A DNA stretch of 64,000 bases from Bacilli bacterium (lineage in GTDB: Bacteria; Bacillota_I; Bacilli_A; RFN20; CAG-826): the NCBI GenBank assembly GCA_036657515.1, contig JAVXGI010000002.1, positions 45,652 to 109,651 on the forward strand, given 5' to 3'. Numbering within the stretch: the stretch's first letter is position 1; every line of letters starts with the position of its first letter. A program made the translations under genes and the position numbers. The notes under the pieces were generated by a model. The model was not told the origin of the DNA and searched no databases. It saw nothing but the letters and a program-made list of their open reading frames with translations. Positions 29,483-38,363 of the stretch are shown here, piece after piece.

Positions 29483-30347
29483 ATATAAATTCAGATATAT
29501 CAATTATTGTTTTCAATGATGTTGAAGAACCACTGATTATAGCTGCATGTAAGTGATTTTTTAATAAGGAAGTTTTAGAAACCGCATCTTGAAGACTTTC
29601 TAGCAAAATCACTTCTTTAACATCGCACTCTTTAACTGCATAATTATAAAGTTCTACAGTGTTCGAAGATAAACTAGATCCTATAATAACGAGTATATCA
29701 AAATCATCACTAGATATTTTTGATATTACTTTTTGCCTTGATAAGGGAATTTGACAAAGTGTATTCTCTACAATGAGATGACTTTGTCCGTTTTCTTTTT
29801 CTAATTTTTCTATTGAAGAAAAAAACTTTTCATAACTAATTGTTGTTTGGGCGAATACAACATATTTTTCATTTTCAATTAGGTTCATATTGTTTTCATC
29901 ATATAATTGGATATCATCCTTAAATGTCTGCAAATAGCATTCTGTTTCAGGATGACCCTTTTTGCCAACTAATATGAGTTTATAACCATTAGTTTTATAT
30001 ATGCTGAGTTTTAAAAGTATATCTTTAATAATGACGCAGGTAGTATCTAAAAATTCAATATTGTGTTCATTACAATATGTTTCGAGATTATAATTGTGAC
30101 CATGTGCAGTAAAAACTACTAAATTACTACTAGTTAACGACTGTAAAACACCTAGATATTCACTAGTAGTGCAATCTATTGTTTCTACACCATGATCTGA
30201 GAATGTTTTAATTATTTCGTTGTTGTTGATCAATTTTCCCAAAGTAACCATCTTTTTGTTTGATGTTTTACTTTTATTAATAACTGTATCAATTGCCCTC
30301 TTGACACCAGGACAATAACTAGTTGGTTTTAATAATGTATATTTCAT
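29469..30347 (-). CDS. ispH: 4-hydroxy-3-methylbut-2-enyl diphosphate reductase (MEP pathway)
   Basis: YCPGVKRAI (Cys1), VFTAHGH, DTTC, AQTT, TLCQ Fe-S ligand pattern. The 3' end overlaps the convergent nif3-family gene by 14 nt. Confidence 0.9.
   Translation of the reverse strand: MKYTLLKPTSYCPGVKRAIDTVINKSKTSNKKMVTLGKLINNNEIIKTFSDHGVETIDCTTSEYLGVLQSLTSSNLVVFTAHGHNYNLETYCNEHNIEFLDTTCVIIKDILLKLSIYKTNGYKLILVGKKGHPETECYLQTFKDDIQLYDENNMNLIENEKYVVFAQTTISYEKFFSSIEKLEKENGQSHLIVENTLCQIPLSRQKVISKISSDDFDILVIIGSSLSSNTVELYNYAVKECDVKEVILLESLQDAVSKTSLLKNHLHAAIISGSSTSLKTIIDISEFISTLD
30116..30148 (+). repeat. Possible fifth 11-bp phased array (R5), inside ispH coding sequence
   Basis: CTACTAAATTA CTACTAGTTAA CGACTGTAAAA in the same + strand orientation. 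It may simply reflect the codons for LTSSNLVVF. Confidence 0.3.
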
Positions 30348-30403
30348 ATAAATATTTTATCTATTTTATACAATTTAATCAATTTTTATAGTATATTTAT
30401 TAC

Positions 30404-31771
30404 ATGGCAAATTTTAAAGCATATTGTTTATCTGATACAATTATAAAATCACTTAATCGTCAAGGCTATTTAAGCGCAACGCCTATCCAAGACTTAGTTA
30501 TTCCAAAGGCCCTAAAAGGAAATTCACTTGTAGTTAAAAGTGAGACGGGGAGCGGAAAAACGCATTCTTTTATTGTTCCAATTTTACAAAAAATAAATGT
30601 TGATATTAATAAATTACAAGCTGTGATAATTTCACCTACAAGAGAACTAGCAAAACAAACATTTGATTTCTTTAAAGAATTTTGTGTTGAAATGCCTAAA
30701 TTATCTGTAAAACTTATTTCATCCGTTGATGAACGTACGAAAAGCGTGGAAGAAATGTCTAAAAATCCGCAAATTATAGTTGCTACAATTGGTAGACTAC
30801 ACGAAATGCTTGTAAAAAGTTCATTTTTACCACTTGATGATGTTAAATTTATTGTACTAGACGAAGCTGATATGCTGTTAGAATCAGGATTTATGGATGA
30901 TGTTGACTCAGTAATTACAAAAGTCGGTGCTCCACAGCTATTAGTATTTTCCGCAACCATTTCGCAATCACTTCAATATATTTTAAGCAAATATATACAA
31001 GCTGATTTCTTTATTACAAACGATAGTACAGGTAATACATCTAAAAACGTGAAACATTATGGTATTGACATAAAACACAAGCCAATAGATGAAGCTGTTT
31101 TAGAATTTTTACGTGTAAAACCTGCATATATGATACTTATATTCGTTTCAAAGAAGGAAGATATGCAAGCAATTTATAAAAAAGTTGCTGGCGCAAAATT
31201 TAAGACATGTCTTTTTAATGGTGATCTTTCAGCTCGTGAAAGAAAATCTTTGATGAGAAGAATAAAAACTGATGAATTTCAAGTAATTATTGCTTCAGAT
31301 ATAGTTGCAAGAGGTCTTGATATTCCTGCAATCGATGTAGTTTTAAGTGTAGACTTACCTAATAATGAAGAATTTTACTACCATAGAGCAGGTAGATGTG
31401 GTCGTTATGATAGACCGGGAGAATCATATTTCTTTTATAATATAGAAACTGTGAAAAAAGTGAGAAAATTAATCGAAGATAAGCTTGATATTTCGTATCT
31501 TAAGTTTGGAGACAACGAATTAGTAGAAGGAAAGGCTGTAGACTATAAAAAGATATTCAAAAGCAAGAAAAACGAAGAATTAGATCAAAAAATATGGGCA
31601 GCTAAATCAAAAGTTAATACGAGAAAAGTTAAGCCTGGATACAAAAGAAAAATAAAGACTGCTGTTGATAAAGTAAAGAGAGAACATCGTAGAGAAGTAA
31701 TTAAAAAAGATATCAGAAGACAAATAGAAGAAAGAAACAAAGCTGAAAGAGGCAACAGATCTGATGAATAA
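30404..31771 (+). CDS. cshB: DEAD-box ATP-dependent RNA helicase with basic C-terminal tail
   Basis: Q-motif (ATPIQ), SETGSGKT, DEAD, SAT, HRAGRCGR. Sits in the ispH-cshB-nfo position, as in Bacillus yqfP-yqfR-yqfS. Confidence 0.9.
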   Translation: MANFKAYCLSDTIIKSLNRQGYLSATPIQDLVIPKALKGNSLVVKSETGSGKTHSFIVPILQKINVDINKLQAVIISPTRELAKQTFDFFKEFCVEMPKLSVKLISSVDERTKSVEEMSKNPQIIVATIGRLHEMLVKSSFLPLDDVKFIVLDEADMLLESGFMDDVDSVITKVGAPQLLVFSATISQSLQYILSKYIQADFFITNDSTGNTSKNVKHYGIDIKHKPIDEAVLEFLRVKPAYMILIFVSKKEDMQAIYKKVAGAKFKTCLFNGDLSARERKSLMRRIKTDEFQVIIASDIVARGLDIPAIDVVLSVDLPNNEEFYYHRAGRCGRYDRPGESYFFYNIETVKKVRKLIEDKLDISYLKFGDNELVEGKAVDYKKIFKSKKNEELDQKIWAAKSKVNTRKVKPGYKRKIKTAVDKVKREHRREVIKKDIRRQIEERNKAERGNRSDE

Positions 31772-32642
31772 AGTTTTACTTGGTTCGCATGTTCGCATGA
31801 CTGGACCTGAATATTTTTTGGGAAGCGTAAAAGAAGCAATTTCGTACAACGCAACTGCTTTAATGTTTTATACTGGAGCTCCTCAAAATAGTGCAAGAGT
31901 ACCTTTAGAACATTGTAAACTTGAAGAAGCAAAAAATCTTCTTAATGAAAACGGTTTTACTAAATCACAAATTATTTGTCATGCTCCTTATTTAATCAAT
32001 TTAGCAAATATTATAAAAAAAGAAAACTTTGAAATGTCCTTAAAAATGCTAATCAATGAGATGGCGAGAGCAGAAGCATTTGGTGCTGGAGTTATTGTAT
32101 TACACCCCGGTTCAAGCCTTGGTGAGGATAAAAACACCGTTATTGAGCAAGTTGTTCTTGGATTAAATACTGCTTTAAGCAAAACTAAAAATATAAAAAT
32201 CGCGATTGAAACAATGGCAGGTAAAGGAAACGAAGTTTGTTCAAATTTTTCTGATATAGGTTATATAATATCTAAAATAGAAGATAAAGAAAGAATTGGT
32301 GTTTGTCTAGATACTTGTCATATTCATGATGCTGGTTATGATTTAAACCATTACGAAGATATTATTGCCTCTATTAATTCTAGTTTTGGAATTGATAAAG
32401 TTTTAGTAATTCATTTAAATGATTCCAAAAATTTAATTAATAGTCATAAAGATCGACACGAAAACATTGGTTTCGGTGATATTGGTTTTGATATTTTACA
32501 TAAAATATTATTTGATGAACGTTTCGAAAATGCACCAAAAATTCTTGAAACACCTTATTTTAACGATAAACCACCATATAAAAATGAAATCGAAATGCTT
32601 TTAGACGGAAACTTCAATAAAGATTTATTTAAAAATTATTAA
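31764..32642 (+). CDS. nfo: Endonuclease IV
   Basis: LGSHV, HAPYLINL, IETMAG, CLDTCH, HLNDS motifs. ATGAATAA overlap with cshB. Confidence 0.92.
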   Translation: MNKVLLGSHVRMTGPEYFLGSVKEAISYNATALMFYTGAPQNSARVPLEHCKLEEAKNLLNENGFTKSQIICHAPYLINLANIIKKENFEMSLKMLINEMARAEAFGAGVIVLHPGSSLGEDKNTVIEQVVLGLNTALSKTKNIKIAIETMAGKGNEVCSNFSDIGYIISKIEDKERIGVCLDTCHIHDAGYDLNHYEDIIASINSSFGIDKVLVIHLNDSKNLINSHKDRHENIGFGDIGFDILHKILFDERFENAPKILETPYFNDKPPYKNEIEMLLDGNFNKDLFKNY

Positions 32643-33678
32643 TTTCGTTTATAAGTTCTGTATAGGCATCTTTTTCGGGAATTGTTTTAACAACAATTCC
32701 TTTTTTAAATAACGCGAAGCATTCTTTTCCACCAGCTAAGCCAATATCGGCATTTTTTGCTTCGCCGGGACCATTAACAATGCAACCCATAATAGCTACT
32801 TTAACTGGTTTTTTAATAGTTTCGAGATAAATAGATATTCTTTTAGCAAGATCTTCTAAATTTACACATGTTCTTCCACAAGTTGGACATGATATAAGTG
32901 TTGGATATGAAGCATATAGATCAACATCATGCAAAAGACGTTTTGCAGCAATTATTTCATCAACTGGATTTCCAGTAATAGATATTCTTATTGTATTACC
33001 AATTCCATTTAAAAGTAGAGGAGAAAGAGCAGCAGCAGAACGAATCAAAGAATAATCTGATGTACCAGCCTCAGTTACTCCTAAATGAAGAGGATAAGGA
33101 AAGATTTGGCTTGCTAAAGAGTAAGCTTCAATAGTTTCTCTAACATTGGATGATTTAATAGAAATTATAATATTGGTAAAAGCCAAATCTTCCAAAATTT
33201 TAACATGTTTTTTAGCTGATTCTACAAGTAATTCAGCATTATGAACGCCGGTTTTAGATAATTCTTTATCAACTGATCCAGAATTAACTCCAATTCTAAT
33301 AGGAACATTATAATTTTTACAATATTCTACTAATTCTTTAATGCCTTCAATAGAACCGATATTTCCTGGATTAATACGTATTTTATCAACTCCATTTTTA
33401 ATGCATTCAATTGCTAATTTATAATCGAAATGAATATCAGCTACTAATGGAATATTTATACGTTTTTTTATTTCTTTAATTGCTTTAGCATCTTCCATAT
33501 CTAAAATAGATACTCGCATTAAATCAGCTCCATAATTAGCGCATTCATTTATTTGTTTTGCGACAGCAACATAGTTTGACGTCTTTATGTTGCACATGGA
33601 TTGAATTAAAACGGTATTGTTTCCGCCTATTGTTTTATTACCAACCTTAACGACTTTTGTGTTCTCTCTTGTGTTCAT
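32629..33678 (-). CDS. ispG: 4-hydroxy-3-methylbut-2-en-1-yl diphosphate synthase (MEP pathway)
   Basis: IRINPGN, SCPTCGR, MGCIVNGPGE. The 3' end overlaps convergent nfo by 14 nt. Confidence 0.95.
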   Translation of the reverse strand: MNTRENTKVVKVGNKTIGGNNTVLIQSMCNIKTSNYVAVAKQINECANYGADLMRVSILDMEDAKAIKEIKKRINIPLVADIHFDYKLAIECIKNGVDKIRINPGNIGSIEGIKELVEYCKNYNVPIRIGVNSGSVDKELSKTGVHNAELLVESAKKHVKILEDLAFTNIIISIKSSNVRETIEAYSLASQIFPYPLHLGVTEAGTSDYSLIRSAAALSPLLLNGIGNTIRISITGNPVDEIIAAKRLLHDVDLYASYPTLISCPTCGRTCVNLEDLAKRISIYLETIKKPVKVAIMGCIVNGPGEAKNADIGLAGGKECFALFKKGIVVKTIPEKDAYTELINEINNF

Positions 33679-33766
33679 ATTATCATTATATATTATTAGA
33701 AAATTATTTATAGATATTTATTTCGATATATGTTAATATAATTAAGCAAAAAGTGAGGAATGTAAT

Positions 33767-33916
33767 ATGCGTGATAACATTATCTTAAAGTGTTCGGAAT
33801 GTGGCGAAGAAAACTACATTGGTACTAGAAATAAAAAAAACCATCCAGACAGAAGGGAAATCAAGAAATTCTGTCCAAGATGCAACAAGATGACACTACA
33901 CAAAGAGAAAAAATAA
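33767..33916 (+). CDS. rpmG: 50S ribosomal protein L33 (49 aa; absent from the ORF track)
   Basis: My own translation is [58 protein letters not shown] upstream. Confidence 0.9.
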   Translation: MRDNIILKCSECGEENYIGTRNKKNHPDRREIKKFCPRCNKMTLHKEKK

Positions 33917-33936
33917 GGTTAAATCCTTATTTTTTT
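33914..33936 (+). terminator. Weak hairpin plus T-run after rpmG
   Basis: TAAGG-ttaaat-CCTTA followed by T7. The stem is only 5 bp. Confidence 0.35.
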
Positions 33937-33944
33937 ATTAAAGT

Positions 33945-34574
33945 ATGAAAATTAATTTTTATAAAGCAAAGAAATTATTTGCTGCAAATACTTATGTAGT
34001 CAGTGATGAAAATGTTTGTGTGGTTATTGATCCAGGTGATGATACTGGAGATTTTGAGTTATTTTTAAAAGAAAATAATTTAAAACCTACAAATATTTTA
34101 TTAACACATGGTCATTTTGATCATATAAGAGATTTAGAAAGATTAGTTAAAGCATTCAATTGTGATATTTACATTGAAGAAGAAGATGAAAAGATGCTTT
34201 ATAGTTCTAAATTAAATGAATCTTTAATGTTTAACAAAGATGTTACTTTTAATAATATAAAAGACAAGGTGATTGTATTTCGTGATAAAGAGATGCTTAA
34301 ATTTGGAGATATTGAGATAAATGTTATTCATACTCCGTTTCATACTAATGGATCTTCATGTTTTTATCTAAGTAAAAATAAAATTCTTTTCTCAGGTGAT
34401 ACATTATTTAAAGGTGATATAGGACGTACTGATTTAATAACTTCGTGTGGGAATAAAACACAGGAATCTCTCTCAAAGTTGATGAAACTAAGCGATGATA
34501 TCGTAGTTTATCCAGGGCATGACGCTTTTACATCAATTGGATACGAAAGAAAGCACAATAGAAATATAGCTTAG
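33945..34574 (+). CDS. MBL-fold metallo-hydrolase (glyoxalase II-like)
   Basis: LTHGHFDH, HTPFHTNGS, SGDTLF, PGH motifs. Confidence 0.85.
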   Translation: MKINFYKAKKLFAANTYVVSDENVCVVIDPGDDTGDFELFLKENNLKPTNILLTHGHFDHIRDLERLVKAFNCDIYIEEEDEKMLYSSKLNESLMFNKDVTFNNIKDKVIVFRDKEMLKFGDIEINVIHTPFHTNGSSCFYLSKNKILFSGDTLFKGDIGRTDLITSCGNKTQESLSKLMKLSDDIVVYPGHDAFTSIGYERKHNRNIA

Positions 34575-34646
34575 AAAACTATTTTTTAGTGCATTTTTAC
34601 AATTATATTGTTATAATATGTAAGCGATTTATTAGGAGGATTGTAT

Positions 34647-35207
34647 ATGGCAAACGTTACAGAATTAAGGCCAGGCAACTATTTTATTGATGAAGGTAAT
34701 TTATATCAAGTTCTTGATATATTATTAAATAAAACTGCAATGAGAAAAATGGTTGCAAAAGTAAAAGTCAAAAATTTAAGAACAAACTCAGTTATCGAAA
34801 TTGCAAGAAACAGTGGATATAACGTTGATGTTGTTAGATTAGACAAAAAGAAGATGATATTTTTATATGATGCAGGCGATGCATTAGTATTTATGGATCA
34901 AAACACTTATGAACAAATCGAAATTCAAAAAACAAGACTTGAATGGGAACAAAAATTTCTTAAGGGCGATTCAGAAATAGAAGTTATTTCTTATGAAAGT
35001 GAAATTATGGGTGTTAACTTACCAGCAAAGGTAGCATTAACAATTGTTGAAACGGAACCTGCAGTTAGAGGCGATACTGTTAATAAGGCAATGAAAGAAG
35101 CTACATTAGAAACTGGATTAAAAGTTCGTGTACCATTATTTATCGCATCAGGCGAATCCGTATTAGTTAGAACTGATACTGGTGAGTATGATGGAAGGGC
35201 TAACTAG
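34647..35207 (+). CDS. efp: Elongation factor P
   Basis: MANVTELRPGNYF...; KAMKEATLETG; 186 aa measured from ATG 34647, which has an AGGAGG SD 7 nt upstream. The ORF track starts at TTG 34641. Confidence 0.95.
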   Translation: MANVTELRPGNYFIDEGNLYQVLDILLNKTAMRKMVAKVKVKNLRTNSVIEIARNSGYNVDVVRLDKKKMIFLYDAGDALVFMDQNTYEQIEIQKTRLEWEQKFLKGDSEIEVISYESEIMGVNLPAKVALTIVETEPAVRGDTVNKAMKEATLETGLKVRVPLFIASGESVLVRTDTGEYDGRAN

Positions 35208-35215
35208 GTAATCAT

Positions 35216-35443
35216 ATGTTTTTAATAGAATTTGATGGAAGCTGGTTAGGAATAGCCATTGCTTGTCTAGTTATCGGTCTTGCTGTTGGTTTCTTTGTAA
35301 CAAGAAAACTTATTCAAAAAGAAATGCAAAAAAATCCACCAATTAGTGAAAAAATGATTCGTGCTATGTTTGTTTCAATGGGTAGAAAACCAAGTGAAGC
35401 TCAAATAAAACAAGTAATGAATTCAATGAAAAATTCAAAATAA
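35216..35443 (+). CDS. yneF: UPF0154/YneF-family small membrane protein
   Basis: One TM helix plus NPPISEKMIRAMF.SMGRKPSEAQIKQVMN, typical of YneF. Adjacent to plsY-parE-parC, as in Bacillus. Confidence 0.8.
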   Translation: MFLIEFDGSWLGIAIACLVIGLAVGFFVTRKLIQKEMQKNPPISEKMIRAMFVSMGRKPSEAQIKQVMNSMKNSK

Positions 35444-35470
35444 AAGAAGAACGAAAGTTCTTCTTTTTTT
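35443..35470 (+). terminator. Rho-independent terminator after yneF
   Basis: AAAGAAGAAC-gaaa-GTTCTTCTTT followed by a T-run. Confidence 0.8.
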
Positions 35471-35544
35471 ATATTTGTCAATATTAAACTCCGTTTAACA
35501 CGACAAAATACTAATAATTTAATATATAAGATAAAAATTACTAA

Positions 35545-35588
35545 CTACTAATTTGCTACTAATAAACTACTATTTCTTTACTAAGAAG
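35545..35588 (+). repeat. 11-bp phased repeat array R2 (CTACTAATTTG CTACTAATAAA CTACTATTTCT TTACTAAGAAG)
   Basis: Read directly, with an exact 11-nt register. It overlaps the stop codon and last 6 codons of plsY (minus strand). Extra out-of-phase TACTAA copies occur at 35509 and 35539. Confidence 0.85.
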
Positions 35589-36328
35589 CCGACTTGAGAT
35601 TCACTATGGTTTAAAAGACGTTTGATATTTGCTTTATGTCTTATAATAACAATGAGTGAAATAGTTGTACAGACGAGTGGGTAAATTATATGAACTTCAA
35701 GCATTCCGTTTGGTATCAATAATGAATTAGCTATTGCTGGATCACCAACTATAGATGCTATATAAATAGACCAACTAATAATAATCGATCCAATTGATAA
35801 ACAAATAGAAGATAAACTAACATATTTTTTTGAAAGTAATGGAACAAAAAATGAAAATACTCCAAATCCTAATTGTAATAAGCTTGATGTTCCAAGAGAA
35901 CCAACCATTGTAGAAACACCTTTCCCACCTTTAAATTTTAAGAAGCATGAATAGCAATGTCCTAATACTGATCCTAACGGTGTAATCCAAAGTGCTACCA
36001 TTTGAGAATCGTGAACCAATATTAAGTCTAATTGAGTATTTTTTATCACTATATAAGTAATCCAAAATGCCAATGAAGCTTTAATCATATCTGCTATCAT
36101 AACTAAAACCCCGATTTTCTTTCCCCATAATCTTCCGGAATTTGTTCCGCCTGGATTTTTAGATCCAAATTGTCGTGGGTCTTGATGAAAATATAATTTT
36201 CCAAGAATGACAGAAATGCTTATTGAGCCTAATAAATAAGCGAATATTAAGGCACAAATAGGAACAATAATGTTTATAAATAAATCCAAAGAAGACAAAT
36301 TAGTCGATAAAATGTATTGATTTGCCAT
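35570..36328 (-). CDS. plsY: Glycerol-3-phosphate acyltransferase PlsY
   Basis: GSKNPGGTNSGR and FKGGKGV motifs. Polytopic membrane protein. Sits in the plsY-parE-parC neighbourhood. Confidence 0.9.
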   Translation of the reverse strand: MANQYILSTNLSSLDLFINIIVPICALIFAYLLGSISISVILGKLYFHQDPRQFGSKNPGGTNSGRLWGKKIGVLVMIADMIKASLAFWITYIVIKNTQLDLILVHDSQMVALWITPLGSVLGHCYSCFLKFKGGKGVSTMVGSLGTSSLLQLGFGVFSFFVPLLSKKYVSLSSICLSIGSIIISWSIYIASIVGDPAIANSLLIPNGMLEVHIIYPLVCTTISLIVIIRHKANIKRLLNHSESQVGFLVKK

Positions 36329-36384
36329 ATTTACCCCTTTCTTTCAAAATGTATAATTTATTATAATATATTTGACTTAAATAT

Positions 36385-36392
36385 TGTATAAT
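36385..36392 (+). promoter_or_regulatory. TGTATAAT box 9 nt upstream of the parE ATG; a second copy lies at 36350-36357
   Basis: No SD lies between the box and ATG 36402. The ORF-track TTG start 36384 reads the box itself as codons (MYNI). Confidence 0.4.
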
Positions 36393-36401
36393 ATTAAACA
36401 T

Positions 36402-38363
36402 ATGGCAGATACAAATTTAAAAATACACAAATATGATGAAACTGATATTCAAGTTTTAGAAGGTTTAGAAGGCGTCAGAGTTAGACCTGCAATGTATATA
36501 GGTTCTACTAACTCTACAGGTCTTCATCACTTAGTTTGGGAAATCATAGATAACTCTGTTGATGAGGCATTAAACGGATTTGGAAACAAAATTTCTGTTA
36601 GTATTCATAAAGATGGATCAATCACTATTTCTGATGAAGGACGTGGTATTCCATGTGGAATTCATAAAAAAGAAAATATACCTACTATTCAATTAATTTT
36701 ATCAACGCTTCATAGTGGCGGCAAATTTAATGATAATGCATATTCATCAAGTGCTGGTTTACACGGCGTCGGAAGTAGCGTTACTAACGCTCTTTCAGAA
36801 TTTTTTGATGCAACAATTTATAGAGACAACAAAATTTATCATATAAGATTTGAAAAAGGCGGTTCAATTTTAAGTGTGCCGCTTGAAATATTGGGTAACA
36901 CAAATAAACATGGATCGGTAATTACTTTTAAACCTGACCATAAAATATTTCAAGCAATTGACTTTAAATATGATGTTATAAGAAACCATTTACAAGAATC
37001 AGCTTTTCTTTTAGGCAACGTTCATTTCATATTGACTGATGAAAGAATTGATAGCACAGAAGAATTTTATTATAAAGATGGTTTAATTGAATATATAAAC
37101 ACGATCAATGAAAATAAAACTCCATTAAATAGTCCTATTTATTTTGAAGATAACAAAGATGAAATAAAAATTCAAATAGCTTTTCAGTATTGTGTAAACG
37201 ATTATAACGAAACTTTATTATCATACGTTAATAATATTAGAACAAAAGATGGCGGAACTCACGAAACTGGCTTTAAAATTGCAATTACAAGAGCAGTTAA
37301 TGATTTCGCAGAAGAAAACAAACTTTTTAAAAACAAATCAAAATTCGAAGCAAACGATATAAGAGAAGGATTAACAGCTATTATTGCTTTAAAAATTCCG
37401 GAATCAATTCTTGAATTTGAAGGGCAAACTAAAGGCAAATTAGGCACTCAAGAAGCTGTTAGCATTGTTTCAAACTTTTTTTACAATGAATTGATTCACT
37501 ATTTAAATGAAAATAAAGAATTTTCATTAAATCTTATTTCTAAATGTTTAGAATCCCAAAGGGTTCGTGTTGCATCAAGAAAAGCAAAAGAAGATATTAG
37601 AGCAAATAAAAAAGTAAAAAACGATGTTACTTTATCAAAAAAATTAACTTCCGCTCAATCAAAAGATTATAAAAACAATGAATTGTTTATTGTTGAAGGC
37701 GATTCTGCCGGTGGTAGCGCTAAAAAAGGAAGAGACTATGTTCACCAAGCAATTTTGCCTTTAAGAGGAAAGCCTTTAAACGTTGAATCAATCGGAATGG
37801 ATAAAATGCTTAAAAATGAAGAATTTGCAACTATAATTAGCACAATTGGTGCTGGTGTTGGACAAGAATTCGATGTTACTGATTCTCATTATGGAAAAAT
37901 AATTATTATGACTGATGCTGATACCGATGGAGCACACATTCAAACTTTATTATTAACTTTTTTCTATTATTATATGAGACCTTTAATTACAAATGGAATG
38001 GTCTATGTGGCAGTACCACCTCTTTATAGAGTATCAAAAGATGCAAGTGCTAGCAAAAAGATGACGGAAATATATTGTTGGAATGATGATGATTTAGAAG
38101 CTGCTAAGAAAAAAATTGGCAATGGCTACAAAATATCTCGCTATAAAGGTTTAGGAGAGATGAATGCTGATCAATTAAAAGATACAACAATGAGAAAAGA
38201 AACACGTATGCTTCTAAAAGTCGACGTTGAAGATCCGTTATTAGTTGAAAGACGCATTAATGTTTTGATGGGTAGTGATGTTGTTCAAAGGAAAAAACGG
38301 GTTGAAGAAAATGTTAATTTTAATGAACAAGATAATTTTAAGGATAAAGTAAAAAATGGCTAA
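36402..38363 (+). CDS. parE: DNA topoisomerase IV subunit B
   Basis: GHKL ATPase and TOPRIM motifs (VLEGLEGVRVRPAMYIGST, LFIVEGDSAGG, IMTDADTDGAHI). Called ParE because of plsY linkage and a partner subunit that lacks a GyrA box. Confidence 0.85.
   Translation: MADTNLKIHKYDETDIQVLEGLEGVRVRPAMYIGSTNSTGLHHLVWEIIDNSVDEALNGFGNKISVSIHKDGSITISDEGRGIPCGIHKKENIPTIQLILSTLHSGGKFNDNAYSSSAGLHGVGSSVTNALSEFFDATIYRDNKIYHIRFEKGGSILSVPLEILGNTNKHGSVITFKPDHKIFQAIDFKYDVIRNHLQESAFLLGNVHFILTDERIDSTEEFYYKDGLIEYINTINENKTPLNSPIYFEDNKDEIKIQIAFQYCVNDYNETLLSYVNNIRTKDGGTHETGFKIAITRAVNDFAEENKLFKNKSKFEANDIREGLTAIIALKIPESILEFEGQTKGKLGTQEAVSIVSNFFYNELIHYLNENKEFSLNLISKCLESQRVRVASRKAKEDIRANKKVKNDVTLSKKLTSAQSKDYKNNELFIVEGDSAGGSAKKGRDYVHQAILPLRGKPLNVESIGMDKMLKNEEFATIISTIGAGVGQEFDVTDSHYGKIIIMTDADTDGAHIQTLLLTFFYYYMRPLITNGMVYVAVPPLYRVSKDASASKKMTEIYCWNDDDLEAAKKKIGNGYKISRYKGLGEMNADQLKDTTMRKETRMLLKVDVEDPLLVERRINVLMGSDVVQRKKRVEENVNFNEQDNFKDKVKNG

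Noticed and set aside
31764-31771. Identical ATGAATAA stop/start overlaps at cshB/nfo and at aspS/tkt (57081-57088), considered as a possible shared element.
   Set aside because: The 8-nt string is simply GAA-TAA overlapped with ATG-AAT-AAA. That is common translational coupling in AT-rich genomes, and the flanks share no similarity.
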